Positions 35,961-49,929 are shown, numbered from the stretch's first letter. The stretch is DNA of 52,514 bases from Octopus bimaculoides (GCF_001194135.2 NC_069006.1:25334566-25387079), one strand, 5' to 3'. Notes: a model not told the origin generated them from the sequence alone. A program made the numbers and translations.

Positions 35961-36848
35961 ATTCACAGGTTTATGTATACACATAACATGTGTGTATATG
36001 TGAATGCACACATACATACATAATACAAGTATGCATATATATACATATATACATATATATACATATATACATATATATCATATGCATATATAACACACAT
36101 CTGTGTATGCATCGAATGTGTACAAATAAATATTTATATAATAGCATTTCTATTACATCTATAATCTGAAGATATGTTTATAACACTGACACAGATATAT
36201 ACATATATATATATATGCATACGAGTATGTGCATATGTATGTATGTGTGTGTATATAGAGAGGTAGGTAGATAGATAGATAGATACATACATAGAGGGAT
36301 AAATAGATAGATTGGTAGATAGATATAAATTTGTGTGTGTGCGTATATAAAGATATATTTTATAGATATTGATAAGACATATTCCCAAAAGGGCGTTGAC
36401 CGTGCTTAAGGAGAGCATGAATTTATTCTGTCAAAAGAAAAGTTGACAGTAACTTCGAAGTTTCATTAATAAGCGGTTTCGTCAGTCAAACGAAAAAGAA
36501 TCACTGGCAAGACTCTGAAGTGGTCGTCAGCTTCCCCTCCGTTTTATCTTCTTTCACTTGTCCCAGTCCATCAGGCAGCGGTCATGCTGGGGCGCTGCCT
36601 TCAACAGACTCGTCGGATGAATTGAATGTAGTACTTATCCAGGACAGCCAGCCAGGCAACTCAGTACAGAAACTTTCCCGGCTACAGATATCGGAGTATC
36701 GCCAGCAGGCCACAGAGAGCGTTGACACACAGATTATGGATAATCTTAAGCCAAAGTCCAAGAGATCCAATCATATGAGAAAGAAGGCATCATAGAATCT
36801 TAAGTACGTATACTTACATACATGCAATCAAAGGCAAAGTACACACAC

Positions 36849-36881
<33 letters not shown>

Positions 36882-37178
36882 ACTATATGGCCATACATAC
36901 ATAGACGCACACGCACATAAACATACATACAAAGCATAGCCGTGTGGTAAGAAGCTTGCTTGCCAGCCACGTGGTCCCAGGTTCAAGTCCCACTGTGTGG
37001 CAACTTGGGCAAGCGTCTTCTACTATCGCATCAGGCTGACCAAAGCTTTGTGAGTAGATTTGGTTATGTGGAAACTGGAAGAAGCCCATCATATATATAT
37101 ATAAAAAACAATAACAAAAAACAAAAAAACAACAAAGTGAGGACGTGATATGGATAGTATTATTGGACGCTCAGGAAA

Positions 37179-37221
<43 letters not shown>

Positions 37222-37249
37222 AAAAAAAAGAAAATGGAGAAATTGATAT

Positions 37250-38075
37250 ATAGACATCAATTTATTGAAACAAATCCACTGCACAGTGGTTGTCTACTCT
37301 TTATGCAAAGTCTGACCACCTCCTGTACCTACACCTTAAAACCATCATGGCATCTGATGTGGCTTTTTAAACCAGACAAGACACCCACATAGATTGCGTA
37401 TCTGATTTGGACCACTAAGAGCTGCAGATAAGCTCTGATCATTGTGGATCTTAAAATGTCTTTTGAGGCTTCCATTACATAACATACACACATTTGTGAT
37501 GCTGTTCGTGCTTTCTGTAAACCCCTTGTCATTCCTGTTCAGGAGGTCTGAAGGGGATCTCACTGGTTCACAAGGAAACAGAAATACCAGAATTACACAC
37601 TGCTTCTTTGTCGATGACTTGAAACTGCCAAGAATATGCATGAGAGGAAAAAGAACCTTGAGCTGGTTACAACATTCTCAAAGGATAAAGGGTTAGAGTT
37701 CAGTCAGGGTAAATGTTGTGAAACGAGGGAAATCTGTAAACCAGACTAGCAGCATCTCCAACAATGACTTAACTGTCTTCCCTGTATCCGATGAGGAATG
37801 TTACAGATATCTAGAGGCAGACAAAAACATAATTTACGATGGCAGTTGTAACAAGACATGTGTAACTAAAGAATATTACAACCAATTTAGGAAAATATAG
37901 ACCTTGGAACTGGCTGCATTCAATAAAACAGTGGCCCACGATGTGTTTGCAGAGCCAGTACTCATACCAACATTTGGGCTGCTTGATTGGACGCTTGATG
38001 AGATCCAAGCCATTGATGTGAAAACCTGGAAGGTACTGACCAGCACAGTGATGTGGGCCGCCTCTACTTAAAATG
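37250..38075 (+). mobile_element. Degraded non-LTR retrotransposon reverse transcriptase, R4/Dong-like (RLE group)
   Basis: Fragments across frameshifts and stops: LFVLSVNPLSFL..ITHCFFVDDLKL; KRGK..CYRYLEADKNIIYDG..VTKEYY..RKI; ELAAFNKTVAHDVFAEPVLIPTFGLLDWT..IDVKT; SDVGRLYL. Confidence 0.8.
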
Positions 38076-39559
38076 GTTTATACCTGTAATTATTGGAGCA
38101 CTGTGATATTAGGCTTCTCAAAACCATGAAGGAGAAAGCTGATTTGAAGACTACGGATCCACCGATCACTGAAGCTGTAAAAAAATCTATAAAACTTTCC
38201 AGAAGTTTATCATTGAAGTATATATGTGCATGTCTCGATATACGACTATATGCATGAGAATGCGTACATAAAACAAAATATACAAATCTGCACGTGCACT
38301 GACTCTAAATACTGCACATATACACACACATACAAACAAAAATACCCTGTTGATGTTGTTGAAATTCCAATGACAGAGCTTTTGGTGTAGGTTAGAAACT
38401 AGCTCTTTCTCTACTAGCAAAAAAAAAAATCTTGAAATAAAACTAAACAATGACATACAGGCATAACTATATGGGTCCCGACAAATACATTGTTTCACCC
38501 GGAGGTCCGTGCGCCCGGACGAAACAAACTGTATTTTGTCGGACTCGTTTTTGCTTTTTATAAAATGTATGGCAACTTAAACTTTGCACCTTTGAGGTCT
38601 TTAATTTCTTTGTATTGTACGAAGTCCGACTACGTTCCTTCTTAATCAGGTAACCCAAGACGTGTGTGTGTGGTATGACCGAAAATGGTGAATGATTTGA
38701 CCTGGCCGGATTTGGTGGCTATTTTTACCAAGTCCAGCGACCATGCACGGATTTGGCTGTTATTTTTAGCAACTCGAACCCCACCCTCTCTCTCTCTATC
38801 ACTCTGGCTGACAAGAAGAGAACGCGGAGGAATGAAATGTGACGAAAGAGTGAAATAAATAAACACATAAATAAATAGATAAATAAATGGATAAATAAAT
38901 AAATGGATAAATAAAAATTTACTACAGAGAAGAGACAGGAAAGAAAGGAGATCTAACAAAGATGTTGAAAGGAAATGATGAATGGTGGCGATGGTGGCGA
39001 TGGATGCGGTTGTGGTGGAGATAATAGAGAGGAGGAGAGAGAGAGAGAGAGAAGTGGGTGGATTAGTGAAGAAGAGGGGGGAGGAAAGAGTGAAAGTTAT
39101 AAAGAATGAGAGCGAAGTAGAGAGAGAGAGAGAGACCGGTGATAGAATAGAGAGAGTAATACTAAGGAGAGAAGGAGTAAAGTGTGAAAGTTATACAGAA
39201 TGAGAGAGCGGTAGGCAGAGAGTGGTTGCGAAATAGAGCGAGTAATAAGAAGCAGGGAGGGTGAAATAGAGGGAAAGAGAAAGAGTAATGATAGAGCAAG
39301 GAGGGTGAAAGAGAGAGAGAGAGAGCAATAATGAGCCGGGGAAGGAGAAGGAGAGGGAGGGGGTGTCTAATATATCTGGGATAAAGAATGGAGAGATAAA
39401 AGATTGGCCTCTTTGTTTTTCTATTCTGATTCTATTCACATCTAAACTGCTTTTATCAGAAGGAATAATATTAGATTGACTGGCGGTACTTGACCGGTTC
39501 TCACTTTGGTGTGTGGTAGATTGTGAATGAGATAGAGAGAGAGAGAGAGAGAGAGAAAG

Positions 39560-40242
39560 GGAAGGTGGTGAAAGACTGTGAGTAGAACGAGAGAGAGAGA
39601 GAGGAAAGAGGGGGAAGTGGTAAAAAGCTGTAAACATAAAAAGAGGGGAAAGTGGTGAAATGGAGGAATTAGAGAGAGAGGGGGAAAGGCGGTGGTGAAA
39701 AGCAATAACTATAAAGAGAGGAAGGAAGTGGTGAAGAGAAGTAACTATATAGAGAGGGGGGCAGAAGAAAGACAGTGACTATGGAGAGGGGAGGTACTGG
39801 TATAAAAGAGTAAGTATAGTGAGAGAGGGTGGTGGTGATGAGAAGCAGTATGGAATGAGAGAGAGAGAATGTGGTGAAATACAGTAATTATAGAGAGAGA
39901 AGGGGAAAGGTAACTTGAGAGCGAGAGTGCAAGAAGGTGGTGAAATACAGTAATCATAGAGAGAGAGAGAGAGAGGAAGAGAGACGGAAGGTGATAATTA
40001 GAGAGAGGGGAAGAGAGAGAAAGAAGGCGGTGAAATATAGTAATTATATAGAGGGTAATACATAAAGAGAGAGAGAGAGGGAAGCATGCCTGTGAACCAC
40101 ATTAACCATATATAGAGAGAGGGAGGTGGTGAAAAACAGTAATTGTAGAGAGAGAGAGAGACGAAAAGTGGTGAAATACAGTAATTATAGAGAGAGAAAG
40201 AGGTGATGAAAGACAGTAAGTATATAGAGAGTAATATAGTAA

Positions 40243-40280
<38 letters not shown>

Positions 40281-40400
40281 CCTTGCCGGTGAAAAGCATA
40301 GACTATATAAGAGAGGGAGGTGGTGAAATACAGTAATTATAAAGAGAACGTGATAATATGAGAGAGAAAGAGAGAAAGAGATAGAAGGTGATAAGAACAA
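39560..40400. repeat. GA-rich degenerate array with conserved core gtggtgaaatacagtaattatagagag
   Basis: Near-exact cores at 39871, 39937, 40168 and 40320, plus many degenerate ones. Confidence 0.8.
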
Positions 40401-41346
40401 TAAGTGAGAGTGCAAATAGAGCAAAAGGAGGAGTAGATATAGTAAGAGAAAGAGAGAGAGGGGGAGTGTTGATCGAGGAAGGTGCTCCAGTTATGACCAT
40501 CCTGTCTTTGTTTTTTCAAATATTTCTGACATTGTATGTGGGACTTTTAAATGAAGAGCTCTGTACGAGACAGATTTGGCTGCCACTTCTAGCGGATCGG
40601 AAAACTTACTACACAGCAAAGCTATATATATATACACAGACACACGCACACACATACACACATGTATAACACACGTATATATACATGTAATATATACACG
40701 CACGTGGATGTTTATTTATATATATTTTGTATAAACGCGAGACGAGAGGAAAGCAAAGAACACGATTTTTCAAATTGTGAAGGGAGAAGAAGAGGAATAA
40801 AAGAGAGAAAATGTTGGTGTTGTTGATGTTGAAGGAGAGAGAGAGAGAGAAAGAGAAGAATGAGGGAGGGGGAATTGATGTTTGAAAGAAAAGAAAAGAA
40901 AAAATTAATCAACACTGTAAAAAACAAACAAACACAATAATTGTGAAAACAAAGTGAGGAGAAGGAGGGAGCTATATGTGGTAGCTCGTCTTGCTAAAAA
41001 TAGCAACTAAATACCGCTTCAGATCATATACAAAAAGAAAACAAAAACAAACAATTCTTGCAGTCGAGATGGACAACCGAGGGCTAAACAACATTTTCAG
41101 TAGTAAATAGTGGCAGAAAAGGTGGTGTTGGTGGTTGATCCGAATTTGGCTGAAGACTGGGTCTTTTGGATATCGCGTGTGACACGCTGCTCAATGCTGG
41201 TAATGAAAACTAATAAATTCCCCTCAGAAAATCTCGTTTACATGAAAGTGTTTAAGACTCGCCTGACAAAAATACATACATGCACGCATGCATACATACA
41301 TATATACATAGACACGTGCATACATATATACATAAATACATACATA

Positions 41347-41542
41347 CAGGGTGGCCCCAAAGTAGGTTTACTGTTAAATTTCTTTTAAAACATTTTATTA
41401 CATTTAAATTTCCATCTTTCAATTAACTAAATTAGCAGAGAATAATGGTTTCCTATGTTTTCATAATTAAGATCTAAACTGTTAATATATGAATGCGAAA
41501 GAGATAATTCAATAACTGTAGACCTACTTTTGGGCCACCCTG
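41347..41542. mobile_element. Tc1/mariner-type MITE (196 bp)
   Basis: About 30-bp TIRs, cagggtggccccaaagtaggtttactgtta and taactgtagacctacttttgggccaccctg, with TA on both flanks. Confidence 0.9.
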
Positions 41543-41770
41543 TATATATATATATATATATATATTGTTCTTTTACTTGTTTCTGGCATTTAATTAAGGC
41601 CATGCTGGAGCACTACCTTTAGTCAAACAAATCGACTCCAGGACTTATTCTTTGTAAGCGTAGCACTTATTCCATCGGTCACTTTTGCCGAACCACTAGC
41701 TTACAGCAGCAGACAAAATACCACTAAGCATTTCACCTGGCGTGCTAATGATTCTGCCAACTTACCACCT

Positions 41771-41805
<35 letters not shown>

Positions 41806-43022
41806 TTTTTCTACTGGAGGCACAAGGCCTGAAATTTTGGGGGAGGTGGATTACATCAACCCCAGTGTACAACTGGGCGGCGGTAGTGGTGGTGGTGGTG
41901 GTTCCATCCCCACCATCAGTTGGAGAAGATAAGATGACAGGAAATGGCTAATCTGCATTTCTCACACAAGGCAGGAAGCCTGGAATTTTGTAGAGGAGGA
42001 AAGTGAAGGAGAGGGGGAGGGAGATATGGGAAGTTGTGATGTTCATTTCTTTTCCAAAGGCCTCTCATTAAACTGAAATGGAACCATGGTTCTATGCAAG
42101 AAGAAGAAGAAGACGAAGAATGAAAGAGATAATAAAGAAAGAAGGTTTGAGGTGGAAGTTTGATTAAAAGACCAATTATCATGAAGTGTGTGTGTGTGTT
42201 AAGTGGTGGTGGATAGGGCAAGAGAAAAAGAAGAGAAGAAAGAGTGAGGGAGTGTCTAACAGGGTGAGGTTGGGGGGAGAGGTAGGGACACCAGAGTGGG
42301 GTAGGGGTGCCTGATGTCAGAAAGGTGGACAATGGATAAGGGGGTTCAAATTTCAGCCAAGCTATCCAACAAAGATAAGAGTGTGAAAGAAGCAGGGTGG
42401 TGTGGGGTGGAGGTGGGGGATAAGAGGGTCCCAGGTCCTGTGTTTTAGAAAAAGGTCAGTGCTAGGATGATAGTCTTAAAGACACTCCAGCCTTGACAAA
42501 CCTGTCTGTTAGGACCTTGGGCAAATGTCTTCTTCTGTGGGTGTGTGTGTGCTTGTCTCCCAACAATGCTTAACAACCAGTGTTGGTGTGTTTATGTCCT
42601 CGTAACTTAGAAACTCAGCAAAAGATGTCGACAGAATAAGCACCAAAATAAGTCTTAGAGTTGATTTGTGTGACTACAATTCTTCAAGGTGGTGCCCCAG
42701 TATGGCCACAGTCTAATAACTGAAACTACTAACAGATTAAAAAAATATGCATGTGTCTGAGTGTATGTGTTAGTGTGTGTGTGTGCATGCATGAACATGT
42801 GTTAGTGTGTGTGTGTGTATTTGTGTATGTGTGGTTGTGTGCATGTGTGTGAATAAATGTTTGGGTATATGTACAAATGTTTGTGTGTGTGTGTGAGGGT
42901 TTGACATACATATGCATATGTGTGAGTGTGTGTCCGTGTGTATGAGCTGGCATTTATGATTATATGAGTGTCTGTGTGTGTGTGTGCATGTGTTTGCGTC
43001 TGTGTGTGTGCGTGTGTGTGTG

Positions 43023-43063
<41 letters not shown>

Positions 43064-43705
43064 ATTGAGAACATCAGAGAAGAATGATAATGAAAGGAAG
43101 TGATACAGAAACGATGGAGGCTGGGGGTTAAGTAGGAGGAAGAAGCACACTCTCTCTCTCCCTCCAACCCTCTCTCATTCTCTTTCTCTTCTTCCCTCCC
43201 TCCTCCTTTCTCTCTCTCTCTCTTCCCTTTGTCTCTCCCTTTCCCTCTTTCTCTGTCACAGATCAAATCTTTTGGAAGAAATATTTGAAGAATTCCTTTT
43301 AATAAACCATTTCTCTGCTTTCAATAGATTTATTTTAGTCTGTTTAACCATGGACCGATGACCACACACACATACACACAGCTGAAATATATATGTAAAT
43401 ATACATGTAAATAGATATATATATATATAACGTGTGTGTGTGTGTGTGTATGTATTTTTTTTATTCTTTTACTTTTTTATTTCTTTCGGTCATTTTGACC
43501 GTGGCCATGCTGGAGCACCCGTGGCCATGCTGGAGCACCATCTTTAGTCGAACAAATCGACCCCAGGACTTATTCTTTGTAAGCCTACTGCTAATTCTAC
43601 CAGTCTCTTTTGCTGATCCACTAAGTTACAGGGACGCAAACACACTAACATTGGTTGTAAAGCGATGGGGTTTGGGGTGGGGGTCAAACACCGACACACA
43701 AACAT

Positions 43706-43754
<49 letters not shown>

Positions 43755-43766
43755 TATATACATATA

Positions 43767-43990
43767 TGGGGGGGAGCTGAAAAGTTCCCAGCTTTAAGGG
43801 TTTCATGAAAGGCCTGGCTGGAGGCCCAACCTTCCGAGTTCTTTCACAGGGCTTAGAAAAACTGAAGGATCCCTGCAGTAAGTGTGTGAATCTGAGAGGA
43901 GGGGAATATGTTGGATAAAATCATAATTAACTGATCCTCATCCTGTATTTTTCTTTTACATAAAGCAAGGAACTTTTCAGTGTCCCCTTG
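43767..43990 (+). mobile_element. Non-autonomous mariner derivative
   Basis: TIR-like ends TAtggggggggagctgaaaagttcc and ggaacttttcagtgtccccttgTA. The interior encodes GLEKLKDPCSKCVNLRG..EYV, like the mariner transposase C-terminus. Confidence 0.75.
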
Positions 43991-44162
43991 TAACTGAACA
44001 CACCATTTGGTCTGGGTTGTTCAACCTGTTACTCCCCTAACCCCATCTTCTTTTGCCTTACCCCCGCCTTTTTTCATTCCTTGATGAGTTAGTTTTGGGG
44101 TATATAATCCACTAAGCATGCAAACTTCCATAGCCGTGTGATAACAGCAATATATATGATGA

Positions 44163-44430
44163 AATATCCACAGTTATACCGTCATATCACTGAATATCAA
44201 TAGATCTATGATCATATCAATAAATATCGATAACTGTGTGATTATATCAGTAAATATTCATAGCTGTATGAATAATTCTATTGATAAATATCAACAGTTG
44301 CCTGATCACGTCATTGATTATCCATAGATATACAATTATATAAGCAAACAGTCACAGCTCTATCAATATAGGTTATATCCATAAATATCCGTAGTTATAT
44401 GGCTTTATCTATAAATATTGAGAACTACGT
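44163..44430. repeat. Old, highly diverged 30-bp minisatellite
   Basis: aatat(c/t)-like anchors at 44163, 44193, 44223, 44253, 44287, 44317, 44347, 44384 and 44414. Confidence 0.8.
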
Positions 44431-44553
44431 GATGAGTAAAAGGCATAAAAACATAAATTTTACATATGGTTCTTAATTTAATTGTTTTCTACAGCTGTTT
44501 CGACATAGTAAAACCATCAGGTATATTACCATCTCTATAACTAGTTGTTTATT

Positions 44554-44725
44554 TATATCATAGATATAGCATGCCCAACTGACAACAAGGTATGCGAAAA
44601 GGAAGAAAGAAAAGTCGAGAGATATGACAGGTTAGCTTGGGAGGTTGAGCAGTTGTGGTCGATGAAAAAGGTGGTAGTAGTACCAATAATTGTCGGAGCT
44701 ATGGAAAAGTGAGTAAGAATCTTGA
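44554..44725 (+). mobile_element. Restriction-like endonuclease (RLE) C-terminal fragment of an R4/Dong-like retrotransposon
   Basis: Translates as YIIDIACPTDNKVCEKEERKVERYDRLAWEVEQLWSMKKVVVVPIIVGAMEK*, matching the D..(E/K)xK..KY..L..W..V.P..VGA pattern. Confidence 0.8.
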
Positions 44726-45012
44726 GACTCCACTAAACTCCACCAACATCAATTGCACTTGCATGTTTAAATAAATAATATGTAAATATTACAGTCTGGC
44801 TTGACACCAGTTCACACCTTTATGCTATCTCTCTGGCTATCTATCTACCTCTTTATCTATCTATCTATCTATCTATCTGTCAGTCTGTCTGTCTGTCTAT
44901 ATACCTGTGTGTGTTTATCTGCATATGTGCATAAGTGACTGGAAGATAGAGAAAAGAGATACAACACACACACACATATATATATATATACACATAAACA
45001 CATATATATGTA

Positions 45013-45066
<54 letters not shown>

Positions 45067-48000
45067 CACACACATCTATATATGTGTGTGTGTGTAGACA
45101 CACATAACTTTTGGTTCTTAAAAACCGATATCTTGCTTGTGTACAACAATATACAACAATACAGATCTATATATTTATATATATAGATCTATATTTATAT
45201 GTATAATCTATATCTATATCTATATACATATTTATGCACAAACACACACATGTATATAAATAATCAATTACATATATATTTATTTAAATACATATATATA
45301 TATCCATATACGTGTCTGTGTGTGTATAATCGACATATATATGCAATATGTTCATCTCTTCCCCTCCCAACCATCCACCCAGTCTATGAGAAAACAATAC
45401 CCATAGAATATTAACAATGTTCTGCTTCATAACACTTGGTAACATCTTGTAACATCAACTTCTATTTTCCAATATTTTGCTCAATATAATAAACTAACAG
45501 ACACTCCATTTATGAGTGAGTGGCGCAATTTGTGGCAGCTTTTTGTTGTCTTTTTTTCTTTCCACAGTCTATAGAAGTATTTCAGCATATTGGCTGATGA
45601 TTGATTCCTCTCTCGTGCACGTGTGTGTGTGTGTGTGTGTGTGTGGAAGTGTGTGTGTGTGTGAGTGTATGTGGATGTGTGTGGGGGGGATGCGTGTGTA
45701 TGGATGGATGTATATAAATATCTACCTTTTATCTTTTACTTGTTCCAGTCATTAGACTGTGGCCAGGCTGGAGCACTGCTTTGAAGAGATTTTAGTTGAA
45801 CAAATCGACCCCAGTATGTCTTTTTTTTTCATTTTTTTAAAGCCTAGTAATTATTCCATTGATCTTTATTGCCAAACCACTAGGTCATGATGACATAAAC
45901 CCACTACACTCTTATAGTGGTTGGCATTAGGAAGGGCATCCAGCTGTAGAAAGTTCACCAGATCAGACTGAAGCCTGGTGCAGCCTTCTGGCTTGCCAGT
46001 CCTCAGTCAAACTGTCCAACCCAGCGATGATGATGATGATGATGATGATATAAATATATCTCTATATCTGACTGAATCTTCTATGTGTCAACTTGTCCCT
46101 CCTTGCAACAATGTAACCTTTGACCTAATCAAGATGACCCTTGGCCTCAAGAGTATCTGACAGTATACACCTCACCTGGATTTTTACCACCTCTGAGGTT
46201 CCACCTGCCATGAAACATATGTAGCCCGGATCTTACATACTCCATTCCATAACTCTTATATATACATGTACATATATATATTTATAATGGTCGTCGATCT
46301 GTGTAGAAGGTGTCTTAGCTGCAGCTCATTCACGTTGAAACAAAGACCTTTCTTTTGTCCAAATCACAAAGTTTCCCTCTCAATTTTACCCACGACTGAC
46401 CCAAGGGGACAAGTGTTAATGTCAACACCAATATTTAGGTAACAGCTTTATTGCCAAACTGCCTACTTTCACTTTCACTCTCTCTCTCTCTCTCTCCACA
46501 TGCATGCACACACACACACACACACATGCATGCCCCGATATGCAATGATGTGTACGTGTCAGGCATTGATTTCTGGGGGTCGGTTGTGGGGGGAAACAGG
46601 CTGAAAGCCACAAAAGCTGAGGTGATTATTACTGGTAGGAGAGGAGGAAGAGGAATGAAGGAGGATGTGGTGATGATGAAATTGGCTGGTAACAGATGTC
46701 ACTGGCCTAGATATGACAGAGGGGTGGGGGGGGATGGGGAGACGGGAGAGAGGGAGAACTAGAAAGAGAGAAACAGAAGGTACTTAAAGAGAGAGAGAGA
46801 GTTAGGGAAAGAGAGTGCTAGATATGGAGACAAAGAGAAAAGAGAGAGAGAGGGAGAATTATGGAGAGATACTTAGAGAGAGGGGAGGGGAGAGAGAGAG
46901 TTAGAAAAGGAGATAGTGAGAGAAGAGAGAGAGAGAGTTGGAGAGAGAGAGATGGAAAGAGAGAGAGAATTAGAAAGGTACTTAAAGAGAGAGAGAGAGT
47001 TAGGGAAAGAGAGAGAGAGAGTTAGGGAAAGAGAGTGTCAGAGATAGAGAGAAAAGAGAGATGGAGAATTAGAAAGAGATACTTAGAGAGAGAGAGAAAG
47101 CAAGAGAGAGGGTGAGAGAGAGAGAGAGAGAGAGAGAGAATTGGAGAAAGAAATAGTGAGAAACAAGAAAGAAGGAGAAAGACAGAAAGATATATACTGA
47201 GAGAGAGAGAGAGAGAGAGAGAGAGTTGGACAGAGGTGGGGAGAAAGAGAGAAATAGAGAGAGGGAGAGAGAGAGAGAGACTGAGCAAGAGGAATTGTCT
47301 GGTCCTGCTGGCCAGAGAAGACAATGACAAACAGGCGGCCATTAAATTAATACTTACAGATTGCTGTAATCAATATACCAGAGTAAACGAGGTGAAAATA
47401 AAATATGTAATTATTTTAATAACTTAGTAACTCTATCGGAATAGTGTTTGAGTAGAATTAAACCCTGTCTACAGACCTGCATCGAAACTATATCTCACAC
47501 GTTGTATAATTAAAATAACCAATAACAGCAACAACAACAACGATGATGATGATGATGACGATAATAATAATAATCATAATAACAACAACAACAACAAAAA
47601 CAATGATGGTGATAATAATAATAATAATAATAATAATGATGATGATGATGATTTCAAGTCTTAACACAAGGCCAGCAATTTCAAGAAATGGGGCAAATTG
47701 ATTACATCAACCCTGGTACACAACTGGTGCCTATTTTATTGACCCCAAATGGATGAAAGGCAAAGTTGACCACTGCTAAACATTTTGCCTGGCATGCTAA
47801 CGATTCTGCCAGCTCGCTGCCTTACTCAATAACAATGGATGGTGGTGATGATGATGATGATGATGATAATGATGATGATGATGATGATGATGGTGATAAA
47901 AATAGTAACAAAAACAACAATAATGTGCAATCTTCTGTTATCTCAATATACAACCTACTTGGGTTATCAGTTAAAATGTCGACAAGAATGTTTGTAATTA

Positions 48001-48317
48001 ATAATCTGGCCATAATTAATTACTAAAGCTTCATCTGATTGAAATTGTCTATAACAACGACGATGTCTAAAATTGACCCAAAGTCACAAATTTTGGGGTG
48101 GAAGGTACAGTTGATTAAACTGACCCCAGTATTTGACTGGGATTTACTTGCTGAAGCCCCACAATTGATACTTACTAAAGTAGGGAGTTTGCTTTCCAGC
48201 CACATGGTCCTGGGTTCAATCCCACTGTGTGGTGCCTTGAGCAAGCATTTTACTATAGCTCAGGGTTAACCAAAGCTTTGTCAGTGGGTTTGGAAGAGGG
48301 AACCTGAAAGAAGCCTG

Positions 48318-48369
<52 letters not shown>

Positions 48370-49929
48370 TTAATAATAATAAAAAGTAACTACAAAAGAA
48401 TGAGACCTTGATATTAGATAAATTGAGGATTATATACATTATAATTTAGAACAAACAGTAAANNNNNNNNNNNNNNNNNNNNNNNNNNNNNNNNNNNNNN
48501 NNNNNNNNNNNNNNNNNNNNNNNNNNNNNNNNNNNNNNNNNNNNNNNNNNNNNNNNNNNNNNNNNNNNNNNNNNNNNNNNNNNNNNNNNNNNNNNNNNNN
48601 NNNNNNNNNNNNNNNNNNNNNNNNNNNNNNNNNNNNNNNNNNNNNNNNNNNNNNNNNNNNNNNNNNNNNNNNNNNNNNNNNNNNNNNNNNNNNNNNNNNN
48701 NNNNNNNNNNNNNNNNNNNNNNNNNNNNNNNNNNNNNNNNNNNNNNNNNNNNNNNNNNNNNNNNNNNNNNNNNNNNNNNNNNNNNNNNNNNNNNNNNNNN
48801 NNNNNNNNNNNNNNNNNNNNNNNNNNNNNNNNNNNNNNNNNNNNNNNNNNNNNNNNNNNNNNNNNNNNNNNNNNNNNNNNNNNNNNNNNNNNNNNNNNNN
48901 NNNNNNNNNNNNNNNNNNNNNNNNNNNNNNNNNNNNNNNNNNNNNNNNNNNNNNNNNNNNNNNNNNNNNNNNNNNNNNNNNNNNNNNNNNNNNTGATAAC
49001 ATTATTATTAAGTCACACACACATGCACACGCACACACGCACACACATAGTCATAGATACACCTGCATACATACAGATACATGCCCACACAGAACCACAC
49101 ACACACTTAGTCACACGCCCACACAGAGTCTCTCTCTCTCTCTCTCTCTCAGTCTCTGTCACTATCTCTCTCACACACACACGCACACATACATACACAC
49201 TTACAAACACACAGACACACACAGCCAAACACAGTCACACACCAACACAAGCTCACATATACAATCTCAAGCAGTCACACACATACATACACATGCACTC
49301 ACACACCTACACATGGACAACTACACACACACACACACACACACTCACACATGCTGTCTGATGCTCAAAGAGATACACACATACACAGTCTCATACGCAG
49401 TCAGATACACACACACATATACACACCCTTGCACAAACAGAGGTATATACACACATTCTTTCTCTTTTTTCACACACATGCACATGCAAACACACACACT
49501 CAAATATAGTCATGCACACACACACACAAACACACATAGACATGCACATAGTTACACTCAAATACATGTACACACACAAACACTGTCTCCCCACCACCAC
49601 CACCACCACCACAGAGCAATGACTACCAAACGATTTCCCACTTTTTAAAATATTATTGGGTTATCCCATAAATAATGCATTTTTTTTTTATACTTCTTTT
49701 ATTTTTCAAAATTAAGAAAAAACAAAATTCTTTTTTTAATCCAAAATGTACTCTCCTTCATTTTCTACAAATACTCTCTTACCACACAGCCACTCCTGTG
49801 CCTATATACATCAACACTATACACATATATTAAATGTTCTACTTGTCTGATGCTGGCCAGATCCAGCCTGTCATACGTACCCGACAATGTCATTCTAAAA
49901 ATAAGCCCAAATTGTAAGGTTTGTAGAGC

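Noticed and set aside
36520-36795. 91-aa ORF upstream of the RT remnant
   Set aside because: No recognisable motif; it starts in a SINE-like fragment and could be decayed LINE sequence, but I cannot support that.
43501-43540. Exact 19-bp tandem duplication gtggccatgctggagcacc
   Set aside because: A local slippage duplication inside a SINE copy; no wider significance.
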